Position numbers and translations under genes: made by a program. From assembly GCA_963666315.2 (NCBI GenBank), contig CAXXHG010000046.1, forward strand, positions 32,001-96,000: a DNA stretch of 64,000 nt, in the 5' to 3' direction. How positions within the stretch are numbered: the stretch's first letter is position 1; each line of letters starts with the position of its first letter. The DNA is from Candidatus Binatia bacterium. Its GTDB lineage: Bacteria; Desulfobacterota; Binatia; Bin18. The notes beneath the pieces were generated by a model. That model was not told where the DNA came from, made no database searches, and saw nothing but the letters and a program-made list of their open reading frames with translations. This document shows positions 42,757-52,854 of this stretch, piece after piece.

Positions 42757-42945
42757 GACTTCTCCCTCCTAAATCATCAGATCTACCCGAAACTCTACAA
42801 ATAGATCAGATCATCATATTGAAAGACTATTGACTGCTCCGTCACAAAATTGCAAGACGTTCTATTAAGAACCCCAGCCAGGAGCTAGTAGTCTCGTCGC
42901 CATACACAAAATCCCACAGGCCACGAGAGCGAAAGGAATAAGATC

Positions 42946-43320
42946 ATGACTACAGAAGAAGAACGCAACATTGAAGTTGCGAAGCGCTACGAAGACCTTT
43001 ACAACACCGATATCGAGCGCTTCGTGCACGAGTGCTACACATCCGACTGCGAGGTGAATGGCGGTTTTATCCGCGGACACGAGCCATTCGTTAAAGTCGA
43101 ACGCGACGTGCTTGAGGCAGCACCCAAACGAAAAATGCGCGTTGATCGCAGGCATGCAACCGGAAACGTCGTCGTTGTCGAGGCTGTGCTGCTCGACCCG
43201 GACCAGGGCGAGGACTGGAATTTACCTTTCTGCGCGGTGCTGACGTGTCGGGACGGGAAGATTGCTACAGATTGGACCTACGCCGAATTCTCGAAATGGC
43301 CGGGACTGACAGGGCTTTAA
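42946..43320 (+). CDS. NTF2/SnoaL-like protein
   Basis: RN.EVA, A.GNVVVVE, PFCAVLT.RDGKI..D..Y. Confidence 0.8.
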   Translation: MTTEEERNIEVAKRYEDLYNTDIERFVHECYTSDCEVNGGFIRGHEPFVKVERDVLEAAPKRKMRVDRRHATGNVVVVEAVLLDPDQGEDWNLPFCAVLTCRDGKIATDWTYAEFSKWPGLTGL

Positions 43321-43401
43321 CCGATACGGAGCAGGTCGGTGCCGTCGCATTCGCTTGAGCGGCACCGATAACATCCAGATTCCCGCCCTAGGAAAAGAGG
43401 C

Positions 43402-44430
43402 ATGCACCGTATCCACAATGATACACGCGACGGCTTGCCTTCAGCTTCCCAGGGAGAGCCGTTTCTACCCGGTCCCACTTTTGCCGCTCCATATCATGCA
43501 GCCGGCGACCCTGCACAAGCGCCATTCACCTACGGCCGCTTCCACAATCCGACCTGGGCCCGTTTTGAACAGGCGCTCAGTGAACTGGAACGCGGGAGCG
43601 TCTTGGTCTTCGCCTCGGGCATGGCAGCCGTGAGCGCCGTTTTTGGAACCGTTTTACGGCCCAAAGATATTGCCGTTCTCCCCTCGGATAATTACTACAC
43701 CACGCGCGTCATTGCCCAGGGCTATTTTACGGAAATGGGGGTGCAAGTACGCATGGCACCCACGGCGGGAAACGCCTTAGGAGAGTGTCTCGATGGCGCA
43801 AAACTGTTGTGGCTCGAATCTCCCAGTAATCCGGGACTCGATGTGTGTGATATTGCCGCGCTGACAACACAAGCGCATACAGCCGGAGCCTTCGTCGCAG
43901 TTGATAACACCACGCCGACGATCCTGGGACACGTGGCAGTGCGTGACACCGAGTGGGCGGATCGGCTCCTCACCTGGCGTACCCAGGGCGGCGCTGTTGC
44001 CGGTCCGATGGAAGTCTGGTTGGCGCATCGGTCGCTGGCAACTCTAGGCGTACGGCTCGACAGACAATGCCGGAATGCGCACGCGATTGCTGCCTATTTG
44101 GCAACACGACCGGAAGTCAGCACCGTCCGCTATCCGGGCTTACCCACCGATCACGCCCACATACTTGCCAAACGTCAAATGCAACTGTTTGGACCAATTG
44201 TGAGTTTTGTCGTGGCTGACCAAGGTCACGCCGAACGTTTTCTCCAGTCATGTGAACTCGTGTATGAGGCGACCGGTTTCGGCGGTATCCATACGACTGC
44301 CGAACGCCGCGCGCGTTGGGGAGGCGATAACATCCCTGCGGGCTTCATTCGCTTGAGTGCCGGCTGCGAAAACACTGAGGACTTACTGAACGATCTGGCC
44401 CACGCGCTCGATACCGCCGGACATGTCTAA
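43402..44430 (+). pseudogene. Cystathionine gamma-lyase/MetC-like PLP enzyme with in-frame deletion of the PLP-lysine region
   Basis: YGR..NPTW, FASGMAA, LESPSNP and VDNT are present, but VDNTTPT-ILGHVAV lacks the P...GAD....S.TK...GHSD segment. Confidence 0.8.
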
Positions 44431-44450
44431 ACAAGGAAACGTGTAAGAGT

Positions 44451-45463
44451 GATGCTGAACGCTATACTGTCGTCGGCCAAAACGGCTCGCCCTACTCGCT
44501 GAAGCTGCGGGCGGTCATGCGCTACCGTCGACTGCCGTATTAAGCCGGGTGCTCCGCACCCGGCTTAATACGGAAGAGTTCGCAAACGTGAAACCGCTGC
44601 TCATGCCCATGATCCGTTTCCCTGGGGAGCAGCAATGGCGCATAGACTCAACGCCCATTATCGACGCGCTGGAGCAACGTCATCCCGGGCAGCGCTCGAT
44701 TATTCCAGACGCTCACGGCAGCGCCTTTCTGGCCTATCTCATTGAGGACTTTGCCGACGAATGGCTGACCAAAGCCATGTTTCATTATCGTTGGGCCTAT
44801 GAGACCGATATCAAGTATGCCTCGTTGTGGATCGCAGATGACGTTTTCCCTGATCAGAAAGGGGAGCCACGCGCGGCGGCAGCAAAAAGTTTTGCTGACC
44901 GACAGATTGAACGTGTGCCGCTTGTTGGCTGTACTCCAGAGAACGCCTCGGTGATCGAGGGAACATATAGACGCAGCCTGGAACTGCTCGAAAGTCACGT
45001 CGGGTTGCACGACTACTTATTCGGCACCCAGCCATCCGTCGCCGACTTTGGCCTGTTCGGACAGCTCAGGACTTTGGCTACAGATCCAACACCATTGGCC
45101 ATTATACGAGGGCAAGCCCAACGCACCGAGAGCTGGCTCCGTCAATTAGATGATGCCTCAGGCGTAGAAGGAGCATGGTATTCCGAATAGGAAGGACTAC
45201 CGGAAGCGACGGTCGGACTCCTACGTTTAATAGCGGACACCCATCTGCCCTTTCTCGTCGCCAACGCCACAGCAGCGCAGCGAGAAGATAACAGATTAGA
45301 GATCGAACTACTCGGTCTAACCTACACTCAAGCGCCGTTCGGCTATCAGGTGAAATGCCTCGCCGCACTTCGGGAACGATTCGCCGCGCTGGATGAGGCC
45401 AGCGTGAAGAAAACGGCTCCGCTGCTGGAGGAGACAGGGTGCCTACGCTATTTCGTGAAGTAG
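44451..45463 (+). pseudogene. Glutathione S-transferase-like protein with frameshift and in-frame TAG
   Basis: GSPYSLKLRAVMRYRRLPY* (TAA 44541), then a frame change to DSTPII..LE, EDFADEWL.K.MFHYRW. TAG 45188-45190 is followed by 90 more in-frame codons (LPFLVANA...YQVKCL...LEETGCL). Confidence 0.88.
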
Positions 45464-45517
45464 CTCGGATCCAACCGAGGGACAATCGGGGAGGTCTCCT
45501 TAGGCCGTTAGCCTGTT

Positions 45518-46168
45518 CTACTCCTGCCTCTTCCCCCACCGGCCCCAGTGGATAACCTCTTCAACCAGTGCGCGTGAGGTGGGGCCAAACCGGCCTTCCG
45601 GGAAGCCGAGCGGGATGAGGCCGGCAATCTCTATATCTTCAGGAATATCGAGCCTCTGCTTCAGCTCTTCTTCAAAAAAATGATGTACGGTCGTCAGCGT
45701 CGCACCGACGCCCAACGCACGGCATGCCAGAAGAATATTCTGAACCGCCGGATAGATCGAAGCATGCAGCGTTGCCGTAATAGACCGTGGATTGTCCGCA
45801 TCCGCATACGTGGGAAAATCTGTCCCTGCACACGCTAATAAGATAACCGGAGCTTCATCCATATGTTCCGCCAGATGGACAGCAGACGCAAACACACGTT
45901 GTCGGGCAGGCAGTAAGTCATCCATAGCCGGAATAGATCCCAGCCGCGCCAGCTTTTGATAAGTCTCCAGATAATGGTCGCGAATGAAACGTTTATCTTC
46001 CGGTTCTTGGACAAGAACAAACGCCCAGTTTTGAAAATTACTCCCGCTCGGGGCATGCACCCCCGCTTCTATTATCTTTTTAAGAGTCTCGTCTGGAATG
46101 AGATCAGGCTTGAGTCGGCGCATCGAGCGCGTTGAATAGATCGCCTCAAAAAGTCCGATTTCGGCCAT
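45518..46168 (-). CDS. Nitroreductase family protein
   Basis: STRSMRR, APSGSN.QNW.F, SIYPAVQNILLA.RALGVG, IPLGFP. Confidence 0.9.
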   Translation of the reverse strand: MAEIGLFEAIYSTRSMRRLKPDLIPDETLKKIIEAGVHAPSGSNFQNWAFVLVQEPEDKRFIRDHYLETYQKLARLGSIPAMDDLLPARQRVFASAVHLAEHMDEAPVILLACAGTDFPTYADADNPRSITATLHASIYPAVQNILLACRALGVGATLTTVHHFFEEELKQRLDIPEDIEIAGLIPLGFPEGRFGPTSRALVEEVIHWGRWGKRQE

Positions 46169-46309
46169 ATATTTTCCCCTTACTCCTGCTTCACTCAGAT
46201 CGCATAAATCTATGCTCTACAGCCAAAAAGCCCATTGTCTCGCCAGGAGCCACGCTCAGTCGGTCAGCGTAGCCAATGTTTCATTGCCGTGCTCCTTTAT
46301 GAAAACGGG

Positions 46310-46942
46310 CTAATGCCCCAAGCCGGGAATCTCTTCCAAATGTGGCAAGGGCCGACCAAGCACATCGGAAAACAGGGTGAGGACGCGTAGCGTGATACCC
46401 CAAATCACTTGATCCCGGAAACGAATCGCGGGGTACAGAAGAGATTTGCTGTCTTTGGCAAGACTCAAATGTGTAGCGTTCTTGCCATTCCACGGGTGGC
46501 CAAGCGGCATCCAATACGCCTCTGCCACTTCATGGTTGAGAGTAAACTCCGGAGGAGATTCGCCCAGGTAATACACACACGGAAAGAGATATAAAGGCTG
46601 TTCTCTCCCACTCAGCCAGATCGATATGGCTTCGAGCGAGCCGAGTCGGTGCGAGGGATGTACGACCAGACCCACTTCTTCGTGCGTTTCCCGTTCAGCC
46701 GTGACCTGCAGGTCCGCATCCTCGGCAGAAAAGCGCCCGCCAGGGAAAGCCATATGGCCTGACCACGGATCCCCTTTCTTCTCTGCGCGACGGATCACAC
46801 ACAGTTTCAGATCCGGTTCGCGGCCCGTCAACACCATTGCAACTGCGGCGCAGTTTCGGTTGGCCTCAAAGCGTGTCGGATCAGGTTTATGTTTGGCAAG
46901 GGCCGTTTCAATCTCTTCAATGCTGAACATTTGGCTGAACAT
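46310..46942 (-). CDS. Nudix hydrolase (CoA pyrophosphatase-like)
   Basis: DPWSGHMAFPGG....ED....TAERETHEEVGL, IWGITLR. Confidence 0.92.
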   Translation of the reverse strand: MFSQMFSIEEIETALAKHKPDPTRFEANRNCAAVAMVLTGREPDLKLCVIRRAEKKGDPWSGHMAFPGGRFSAEDADLQVTAERETHEEVGLVVHPSHRLGSLEAISIWLSGREQPLYLFPCVYYLGESPPEFTLNHEVAEAYWMPLGHPWNGKNATHLSLAKDSKSLLYPAIRFRDQVIWGITLRVLTLFSDVLGRPLPHLEEIPGLGH

Positions 46943-47035
46943 TTACAGGACTACCCTTTAATGGCTCTTCTGATAATGGCTCTTCTGACCGGCCGGAAGC
47001 GCGCACGGCTTCGTACTAGTTTGACAGCGTGTCTC

Positions 47036-48037
47036 CTAAAACGTAGCAAGCGGATTTACAGGTGAGCCCGTGCCGCCGGGAACCCGGAGCGGAGCCGCAA
47101 CAAAGAGAAATTCCCACCGGTTGCGGGCCTGTGCTGCTCGGGCCAAGTCCTCCAAATTGAGGTTATCCAAAAGCGGCATGCCGAGCGCGACCACGGCGAG
47201 CTGGTGAATAGGAAATGGGACCCCCTCGATTCCAGACGGGAAGACTTCGTTGGTTGCATCAGAGCCGACCACGGCAACATCACGTTCTTTGAGCCAGGTG
47301 GCCACCGAAGCGTGCAAGCCGGCGGCAGCCTGGACAAAGTTCCAGCTGCCCACCTGCCGTTGTCGCTCGTACAGACCCGTACGAACCAAAAGGACATCCC
47401 CGCTCTCGACGTGCAAACCCGTCTTCTGCTCCCACGCCTCCAGATCCTCTATCCGAATGGCCGTTCCTGGTGCGAGATACGGCACCCCTTTGAGCCACGG
47501 CACATCCACCAAGACCCCGCGCGTAAAAATACCCTGTTTCATGTGTTGGACGCCAAGCTTCTCGGCTCCCGACGGCTTCACCTCAGACCGCAAAAAGCCG
47601 TTATACATTTTTCCTTGATGAAAGATGTGACACAACGCGTCCACGTGTGAATGGGCAAACCCATGGTAGCGTATGATATAAGTGTCCTCGGCAAAGACGC
47701 CGCCGTCATTCTCATGCACCCGTAGGCTATGCTCAAGTGGAAATTCGTTATTAAGGTTGGCCTCCTTGGCTAGATCAAAGGCAAGAGACACGGAGACGCC
47801 CTCGGTAACGAGCGCGGCAGCCTGGCGGCGTTTCTCGGGGGTAATCAAATTGAGGGTGCCAAGTTCGTCCTCTTTTCCCCAGCGCCCCCAATTCGAGAGA
47901 TCGTCCATCCACTGATCGAGTATTACGGCTGTGAGCTTAGGGAGGGAGTCTACAGTTTGAGCGACAGCAGGACGTCCCGTCAGGAGAACGAGCAACAGCA
48001 GTAGGCCCACGGGCAACACTCGGGTTCGATGTCTCAT
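47036..48037 (-). CDS. Cyclase family (kynurenine formamidase-like) protein with signal peptide
   Basis: NWGRWG.EDELGTLNLITP, HG.AHSHVDAL.H, GDVLLVRTG, PL...GGTGSPVNP; RBS GGAGG before ATG 48037. Confidence 0.9.
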   Translation of the reverse strand: MRHRTRVLPVGLLLLLVLLTGRPAVAQTVDSLPKLTAVILDQWMDDLSNWGRWGKEDELGTLNLITPEKRRQAAALVTEGVSVSLAFDLAKEANLNNEFPLEHSLRVHENDGGVFAEDTYIIRYHGFAHSHVDALCHIFHQGKMYNGFLRSEVKPSGAEKLGVQHMKQGIFTRGVLVDVPWLKGVPYLAPGTAIRIEDLEAWEQKTGLHVESGDVLLVRTGLYERQRQVGSWNFVQAAAGLHASVATWLKERDVAVVGSDATNEVFPSGIEGVPFPIHQLAVVALGMPLLDNLNLEDLARAAQARNRWEFLFVAAPLRVPGGTGSPVNPLATF

Positions 48038-48254
48038 AGCTCCCCCTCCTCGGCTAGTCATGCTGGTGGCATGTGTACTCGGGATGAGGCTGGAGAGCAA
48101 GACAAGCGACCCGCCCAACGCCAATGCCGTAGGGCGGATGAGCGCAGCGTAATCCGCCACCGCAGGACTAAACCAGACTTCATGAGATTCGTGCACAACC
48201 CTGACAGCCGATGATTTTCCCTGGAGGCGTTCTTCTACCCGCCTCCGCCCGACG

Positions 48255-48340
48255 CTAAAGTCGCCAGGCTACAAGACAGCGCCCCATCAATGGGGCTAGC
48301 CGGCTTGAGCCGGCGTCGTTGTGTAGCCCGGACACTTCAT
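48255..48340. repeat. REP-like composite palindrome
   Basis: CTAAAGTCGCCAGGCTACA...GCCCCATCAATGGGGC, GCCGGCTTGAGCCGGC...TGTAGCCCGGACACTTCA. Confidence 0.5.
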
Positions 48341-48376
48341 GATCCTGTTGCACAATGCCTCTCTCTTCCGCTCTTC

Positions 48377-48431
48377 TTCCCGTAGGGTACAGCCTCTGCG
48401 CCGTTCTGATTGGTGCGCGGGCGCACCCTAC
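48377..48431. repeat. GTAG-type REP doublet, copy 1
   Basis: TTCCCGTAGGGTACAGCCTCTGCGCC...GGTGCGCGGGCGCACCCTAC; near-identical to 61597-61652. Confidence 0.75.
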
Positions 48432-48629
48432 CGGACACTACTGGCCTCTGGTCATGCTCAGACGGGTTATAAGTTTTGCAACAGCATCACTTCATGTCCG
48501 GGCGGGATGGGTTCATCACAGCCAGCGTACTCTTGTAACAATCTCTTGCATTTCGATTTATGGCATCGCCGTCTTTCGCATCAACTCGGCCAAGGGTAAA
48601 TTCCCATACATGAAAAGGAGTCAAGCAAT

Positions 48630-49427
48630 ATGGCAAGACTAACAAAGCTGAGTCGATCGATCAAAGGGAAAATTGCCTTGGTAACTGGGGCTGCAAGTGG
48701 TATGGGGCGAGCGACGGCACACCTGTTTGCTGATGAAGAAGCCAAAGTTGCGGTCCTAGATCGAAATGCTGAAGGTGTTTCAAGCGTCGTCGAGGAGATC
48801 AAACAAACCGGAGGGAACGCCACAGGCTGGACCTTAGACCTGTCCAATAGCACGGAGATTGCACCTACTGTGACCCAAATCGCCGAACATTTTGGAGGGC
48901 TAGATATTCTCGTCAACAATGCCGGCATCGATGCGTCCGCCCGTATTCAGAGTAGCAAGTACGAGGACGTTTGGGAGCACTGCTTCAACGTCAACTTGGC
49001 CGCTCACCACCGTCTCATCCGCGCTGCCCTGCCTCACCTCACTAAAGGTGGAGCTGGACGAATCGTCAACATTGCTTCTACCGAAGCGGTCGGAGGTAGC
49101 GCCTTTGCCAGTCCCTATACTGCGGCCAAGCATGGCGTTGTTGGCTTAACTCGTGCATTGGCAGTCGAGTTGGCCACACAAGGGGTCACGGTCAATTGCA
49201 TCTGTCCAGGCGCTATTCATACTGGTCTCACAGCCACAATCCCCGATAAAGCGAAGGACATCTTTGCCAGGCGACGTGTGCCACTCAAGCGCTACGGCGA
49301 TCCGGAAGAAGTCGCGCACGCGACCCTCAGCTTGGTCCTGCCAGCATCGTCGTACATCAATGGTGCCACCGTTGTCGTTGACGGAGGATTTACCATTCAA
49401 AACAACGGCAGCGCGTTGAGCCGTTGA
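48630..49427 (+). CDS. Short-chain dehydrogenase/reductase
   Basis: VTGAASGMG, LVNNAG, NIAS, YTAAKHG, VNCICPG, VDGG. Confidence 0.95.
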   Translation: MARLTKLSRSIKGKIALVTGAASGMGRATAHLFADEEAKVAVLDRNAEGVSSVVEEIKQTGGNATGWTLDLSNSTEIAPTVTQIAEHFGGLDILVNNAGIDASARIQSSKYEDVWEHCFNVNLAAHHRLIRAALPHLTKGGAGRIVNIASTEAVGGSAFASPYTAAKHGVVGLTRALAVELATQGVTVNCICPGAIHTGLTATIPDKAKDIFARRRVPLKRYGDPEEVAHATLSLVLPASSYINGATVVVDGGFTIQNNGSALSR

Positions 49428-49496
49428 AGTGGGCTGACGTAGTACTGAGAGCCTTGCCTCAACAAACCACAATAAAGAGATAACGCGGGGTTTAGA

Positions 49497-49874
49497 TTAG
49501 GAGATTACCTCAATACCGTATTGGGAAAAGACCACGTCAGTAGTCACCACGGGGAAATGATGAAGCTGAGCCGTAGCGATAATCGTCCTGTCGCAAGGGT
49601 CAGTATGAACAAGAGACAATTCAGTTGAACGGATACAAACATCCATGGTCAGTGCCAAAACCTCAATGTCATGATGTTCGAGGACTGAGTTAAACCAGTC
49701 AGCAGACTGAGCGGGGAGTTTCAGTTTCTTCTTCTGAACTTTAATCCCGATCTCGAAGCCGCTAATAGCAGATACATAGACCTCAGGTGCAGCCTCAATA
49801 GACTGCAACGCTATAGTAGATAACTCACCCCCTCCCTGGGCTAACCAAAGCAACGCGCATGTATCGAGGATCAC
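49497..49874 (-). CDS. VapC/PIN-domain toxin
   Basis: VILDTCALLW, VSAIS.FEI..K, H.DPCDR.IIATA, VVT.D. Confidence 0.9.
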   Translation of the reverse strand: MILDTCALLWLAQGGGELSTIALQSIEAAPEVYVSAISGFEIGIKVQKKKLKLPAQSADWFNSVLEHHDIEVLALTMDVCIRSTELSLVHTDPCDRTIIATAQLHHFPVVTTDVVFSQYGIEVIS

Positions 49875-50104
49875 CGACCACTCTCCGGCCACTCGTCTTC
49901 AGAGAGCGGCTCTGTTGGATCATAGTCGATATGGATCTCCCGCATCACTGGATGTGGCCTCAGACGGCTCCGCTTTCGATGCGGGACTAGTTCGGCGATC
50001 GGTTTGCCATGGCGACAGATCCGCACCTTCGAACCCGTCGCTTCTATTTCGGCCAGCAGAGCCGATAGATGTGTCTTTGCCTCATGGACGTTAACGGTTT
50101 TCAT
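49871..50104 (-). CDS. Phd/YefM-family antitoxin
   Basis: MKTVNVHEAKTHLS.LL...I.RHGKPIAELVP; GTGA overlap with the PIN gene. Confidence 0.92.
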   Translation of the reverse strand: MKTVNVHEAKTHLSALLAEIEATGSKVRICRHGKPIAELVPHRKRSRLRPHPVMREIHIDYDPTEPLSEDEWPESGR

Positions 50105-50143
50105 TATGCTCTCCTCATGCTTAACCGCAGTGACGATGCCGGA

Positions 50144-50237
50144 TGTCATTCTGAATCGAAGTGGAGCGCAGGTGAAGAATCTCTCAGGAGTACTACTGGG
50201 AGAGAGATGCTTCGTCGCTTTATTCCTCAGAATGGCA
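50144..50237. repeat. GTCATTCTGA-type REP-like doublet
   Basis: TGTCATTCTGA...GAAGAATCTC...GAGATGCTTC...TCAGAATGGCA inverted arms. Confidence 0.65.
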
Positions 50238-50681
50238 AGGCCGCAAAATCCATGCGCTGAGTGATTAGGCTTTTAAATTAGTTTAGTTAGTCCATTATTG
50301 CAATGGATGGAAATAGCCGCGACATCGGCGGCTCACAACCTCAGAGATCTCGGAGCCCAATTGAGAGCTTACAGCGTTTTTATGTTGGTGGCTGTGCTGC
50401 GGAGGCACTGTCCTATTTATGATGGACAGCTTTCCAGGCAACCCAGATCAGAGCGGCATACACACCCAGCCCACTTATTAAGGGCGAATAATTCATGCGT
50501 CTCCATACTGATCTTTCTCCTCAACGAGATTGCCAACCCTAAGGTACTGCGTCAAGCTAAGCACAATCAAGACAAACATGCCTGTACCGTGCGCTGTACG
50601 CGTGACGCCTGCTCTCTGCCTCGTAGGGCCAGCCCCCACTGTCTCTGTGACTGTACTTAGCTAAGCGCTATACTTATTCCA

Positions 50682-51437
50682 ATGAACCCTGACATTCCTG
50701 CCCTGTTAGCCGAAATCGGCCAACTCAAATCCCAGCTCGACGCTTTGCGTCCGCTACCGGAACATACCGTCCGCACTCTGCATGAACAACAAGTCCTAGA
50801 GTGGACCTACCACTCGAACGCCATTGAAGGGAACACGCTCAGCCTCAAAGAAACCAAAGTCGTACTGGAAGGCATCACCGTCGGTGGCAAATCCATGCGC
50901 GAGCACCTTGAAGCGATCAATCATCGTGAAGCGATTGACTACGTTGAAACTATTGTCTCCGGTGAAGAAACCCTGAGCGAGTGGCAGATCAAGAATATCC
51001 ATCAGCTCGTCCTAAAAAATATCGATGACCAGAACGCTGGGCGTTACCGGCAACAAAACGTCGTAATTGCTGGTGCCAGTCATACGCCAACAGATTTTCT
51101 CCAGCTTCCGCAGGCCATGACCGCACTCATAGCCTGGTATCAAACCGCTGCTGACCTGCATCCGCTAAGACGCGCAGCACGCCTACACGTCGATTTCGTT
51201 GGGATCCATCCCTTCGTTGACGGCAACGGTCGAACCGCGCGGCTCTTAATGAACTTCGAACTCATGCGCTACGGCTATCTTCCGGTCATAATCCGTGTTG
51301 AGCAACGCCTAGCCTACTATGACGCCCTCGATACTGCTCATATGTCCCAGAACTATGAACCCTTTATCCAGCTCCTTGCCGAAGAGGAACACCAGACACT
51401 CAAGCTCTACTTATCGGTGATTCATGGAGAAGCCTGA
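50682..51437 (+). CDS. Fic-domain AMPylase (class II, N-terminal inhibitory motif)
   Basis: HPFVDGNGRTAR and SNAIEGN. Confidence 0.95.
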   Translation: MNPDIPALLAEIGQLKSQLDALRPLPEHTVRTLHEQQVLEWTYHSNAIEGNTLSLKETKVVLEGITVGGKSMREHLEAINHREAIDYVETIVSGEETLSEWQIKNIHQLVLKNIDDQNAGRYRQQNVVIAGASHTPTDFLQLPQAMTALIAWYQTAADLHPLRRAARLHVDFVGIHPFVDGNGRTARLLMNFELMRYGYLPVIIRVEQRLAYYDALDTAHMSQNYEPFIQLLAEEEHQTLKLYLSVIHGEA

Positions 51438-51453
51438 CTGTGTCTAGTAGGGA

Positions 51454-51483
51454 GTCGGGTTACGCTACGCTCACCCGACCTAC
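51454..51483 (-). repeat. GTAG-type REP element
   Basis: Minus strand GTAGGTCGGGTGAGCGTAGCGTAACCCGAC. Confidence 0.7.
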
Positions 51484-51552
51484 GGTCTTCGCTCTCAGAT
51501 TTAGATCAGGAGGCCCGCGTAGCGAAGTAGGTAACGCGAGGACTTGTCCTCC

Positions 51553-51771
51553 TTACGACGCCCACTTCATTCTCAGTTTGCGCTCATTCATAGCACAGTC
51601 ACGGAGGTATAAATTAATGAGGCTCTGATATGGGATGCCTATTTCCTCGGCCATGGACTTGAAGTAGGCAACCGTATCCCTGTCTAAGCGCATAGTCACC
51701 GGCTGCTTGAGGTACTTGATATAAGGATTTTTGCGCCCTTTCATTTTTGAGAAGTCATAATGGTCTCTCAT
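51553..51771 (-). CDS. BrnA/CopG-like antitoxin
   Basis: MRDHYDFS....KNPY...K..VTMRLD...AYFK......GIPYQSLINLYL. Confidence 0.9.
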   Translation of the reverse strand: MRDHYDFSKMKGRKNPYIKYLKQPVTMRLDRDTVAYFKSMAEEIGIPYQSLINLYLRDCAMNERKLRMKWAS

Positions 51772-52061
51772 ATTTGCCGCCTCCAGTAATCGCGCTCTTC
51801 AGCTTTGTCTGCCTTCTTTACAGAAATAATGCGCACGACCGTCTCACTTTCGTGGAAACAGTGACAGACAACGACAACCCGCAGCTTGAAGCTCATGCTA
51901 AGAAGGATAAAATGATCTTCCTCTTGAGCATGATCCGGATCGAAGAACTGGATTGCGTTCTCGTCGTAGAAAGCCGTGCGTGCCTCTTCAAAAGCTACAC
52001 CATGCTTCCTAATGTTCCCTTTGTTTTTCCGCTCATCCCACTCAAAGCGTAGCTCACGCAT
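51768..52061 (-). CDS. BrnT family toxin
   Basis: FEWDE.KN..NIRKHGVAFEEA..AF.D, D.DH..EED, VRIIS. ISVKKA replaces the usual ISARKA. Confidence 0.9.
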   Translation of the reverse strand: MRELRFEWDERKNKGNIRKHGVAFEEARTAFYDENAIQFFDPDHAQEEDHFILLSMSFKLRVVVVCHCFHESETVVRIISVKKADKAEERDYWRRQI

Positions 52062-52097
52062 ATGTACAATGTACATATATTATAGCTGACGGATCAA
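52060..52097 (-). promoter_or_regulatory. Putative promoter and palindromic operator of brnTA (leaderless)
   Basis: Perfect palindrome ATATGTACA-A-TGTACATAT at 52060-52078. Minus strand TTGATC-N18-TACATT-N6-ATG. Confidence 0.6.
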
Positions 52098-52159
52098 GAC
52101 AACACCCAGAAGCCGATCTTTACACCTAGAATCGATTTCTTCTACTTCGAAAGAGCCTT

Positions 52160-52502
52160 AGCGGTCGGCGGCAGTGCCTTTGCCAGCCCCTATACTGCGG
52201 TCAAGCACGGCGTTGTGGGACTGACTCGCGCGCAGGCGGTCGAGTTAGCCACGCAGGGGGTCACCGTCAATTGCATCTGTCCAGGCGCTATTCACACGGG
52301 TCTCACCGCCAAAATCCCCGATAAAGTGAAAGACACTTTTGCCCGGCGGCGTGTGCCACTCAAGCGTTACGGTGATCCCGAAGAAGTCGCTCACGCGACC
52401 CTCAGCTTGGTTCTGCCAGCAGCGTCGTATATCAATGGTGCCACCGTTGTCGTTGACGGAGGATTTACCATTCAGAACAAGGGAAGCGCGTTGAGCCGGT
52501 AA
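52160..52502 (+). pseudogene. Diverged duplicate of the 3' 343 bp of the SDR gene (49085-49427)
   Basis: Colinear, ungapped match with mostly synonymous differences; no 5' half. Confidence 0.92.
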
Positions 52503-52621
52503 ATCGGATTGTGGGAGAGTTCTCCATTATTCAGAGGAAAGCGCACCCAGTGGCCCAGACCAACACTGTGCCGTTCGACTTCATCCTTGACCGTGCTTGT
52601 TCCCCGCTGTATAGCGCATGT

Positions 52622-52852
52622 ATGGCGCATAAACTTTCCACAACCGTCCAGCTGGATGTCGAAGATGTTGAGGCGCTGGCGCGCGCACGCGCCGATGGGC
52701 TGTCGGCTTCTGATCTCATTCGCCAGGGTCTACGTATCGTCGCGGCTAAATACTACCGCGGCCATCGACGGCCACCTTCGACCGGCCTTTTTATCTCGAC
52801 GATTGCCAAACTAGGTGAGGAATCTGAGCTATTCAAAGACCTCGGGGACTGA
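52622..52852 (+). CDS. CopG/RHH-like antitoxin
   Basis: STTVQLD.ED..AL..AR..GLSASDLIRQG; 2 nt before a PIN gene. Confidence 0.75.
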   Translation: MAHKLSTTVQLDVEDVEALARARADGLSASDLIRQGLRIVAAKYYRGHRRPPSTGLFISTIAKLGEESELFKDLGD

Positions 52853-52854
52853 GG

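Noticed and set aside
17387-45190. Amber (TAG) recoding or pyrrolysine suggested by four in-frame TAGs
   Set aside because: prfA is intact and TAG ends normal genes (hisB, hisA). The residues expected at the four sites differ (Q, W or L). TAA nonsense codons and frameshifts affect the same or neighbouring genes, so decay explains them.
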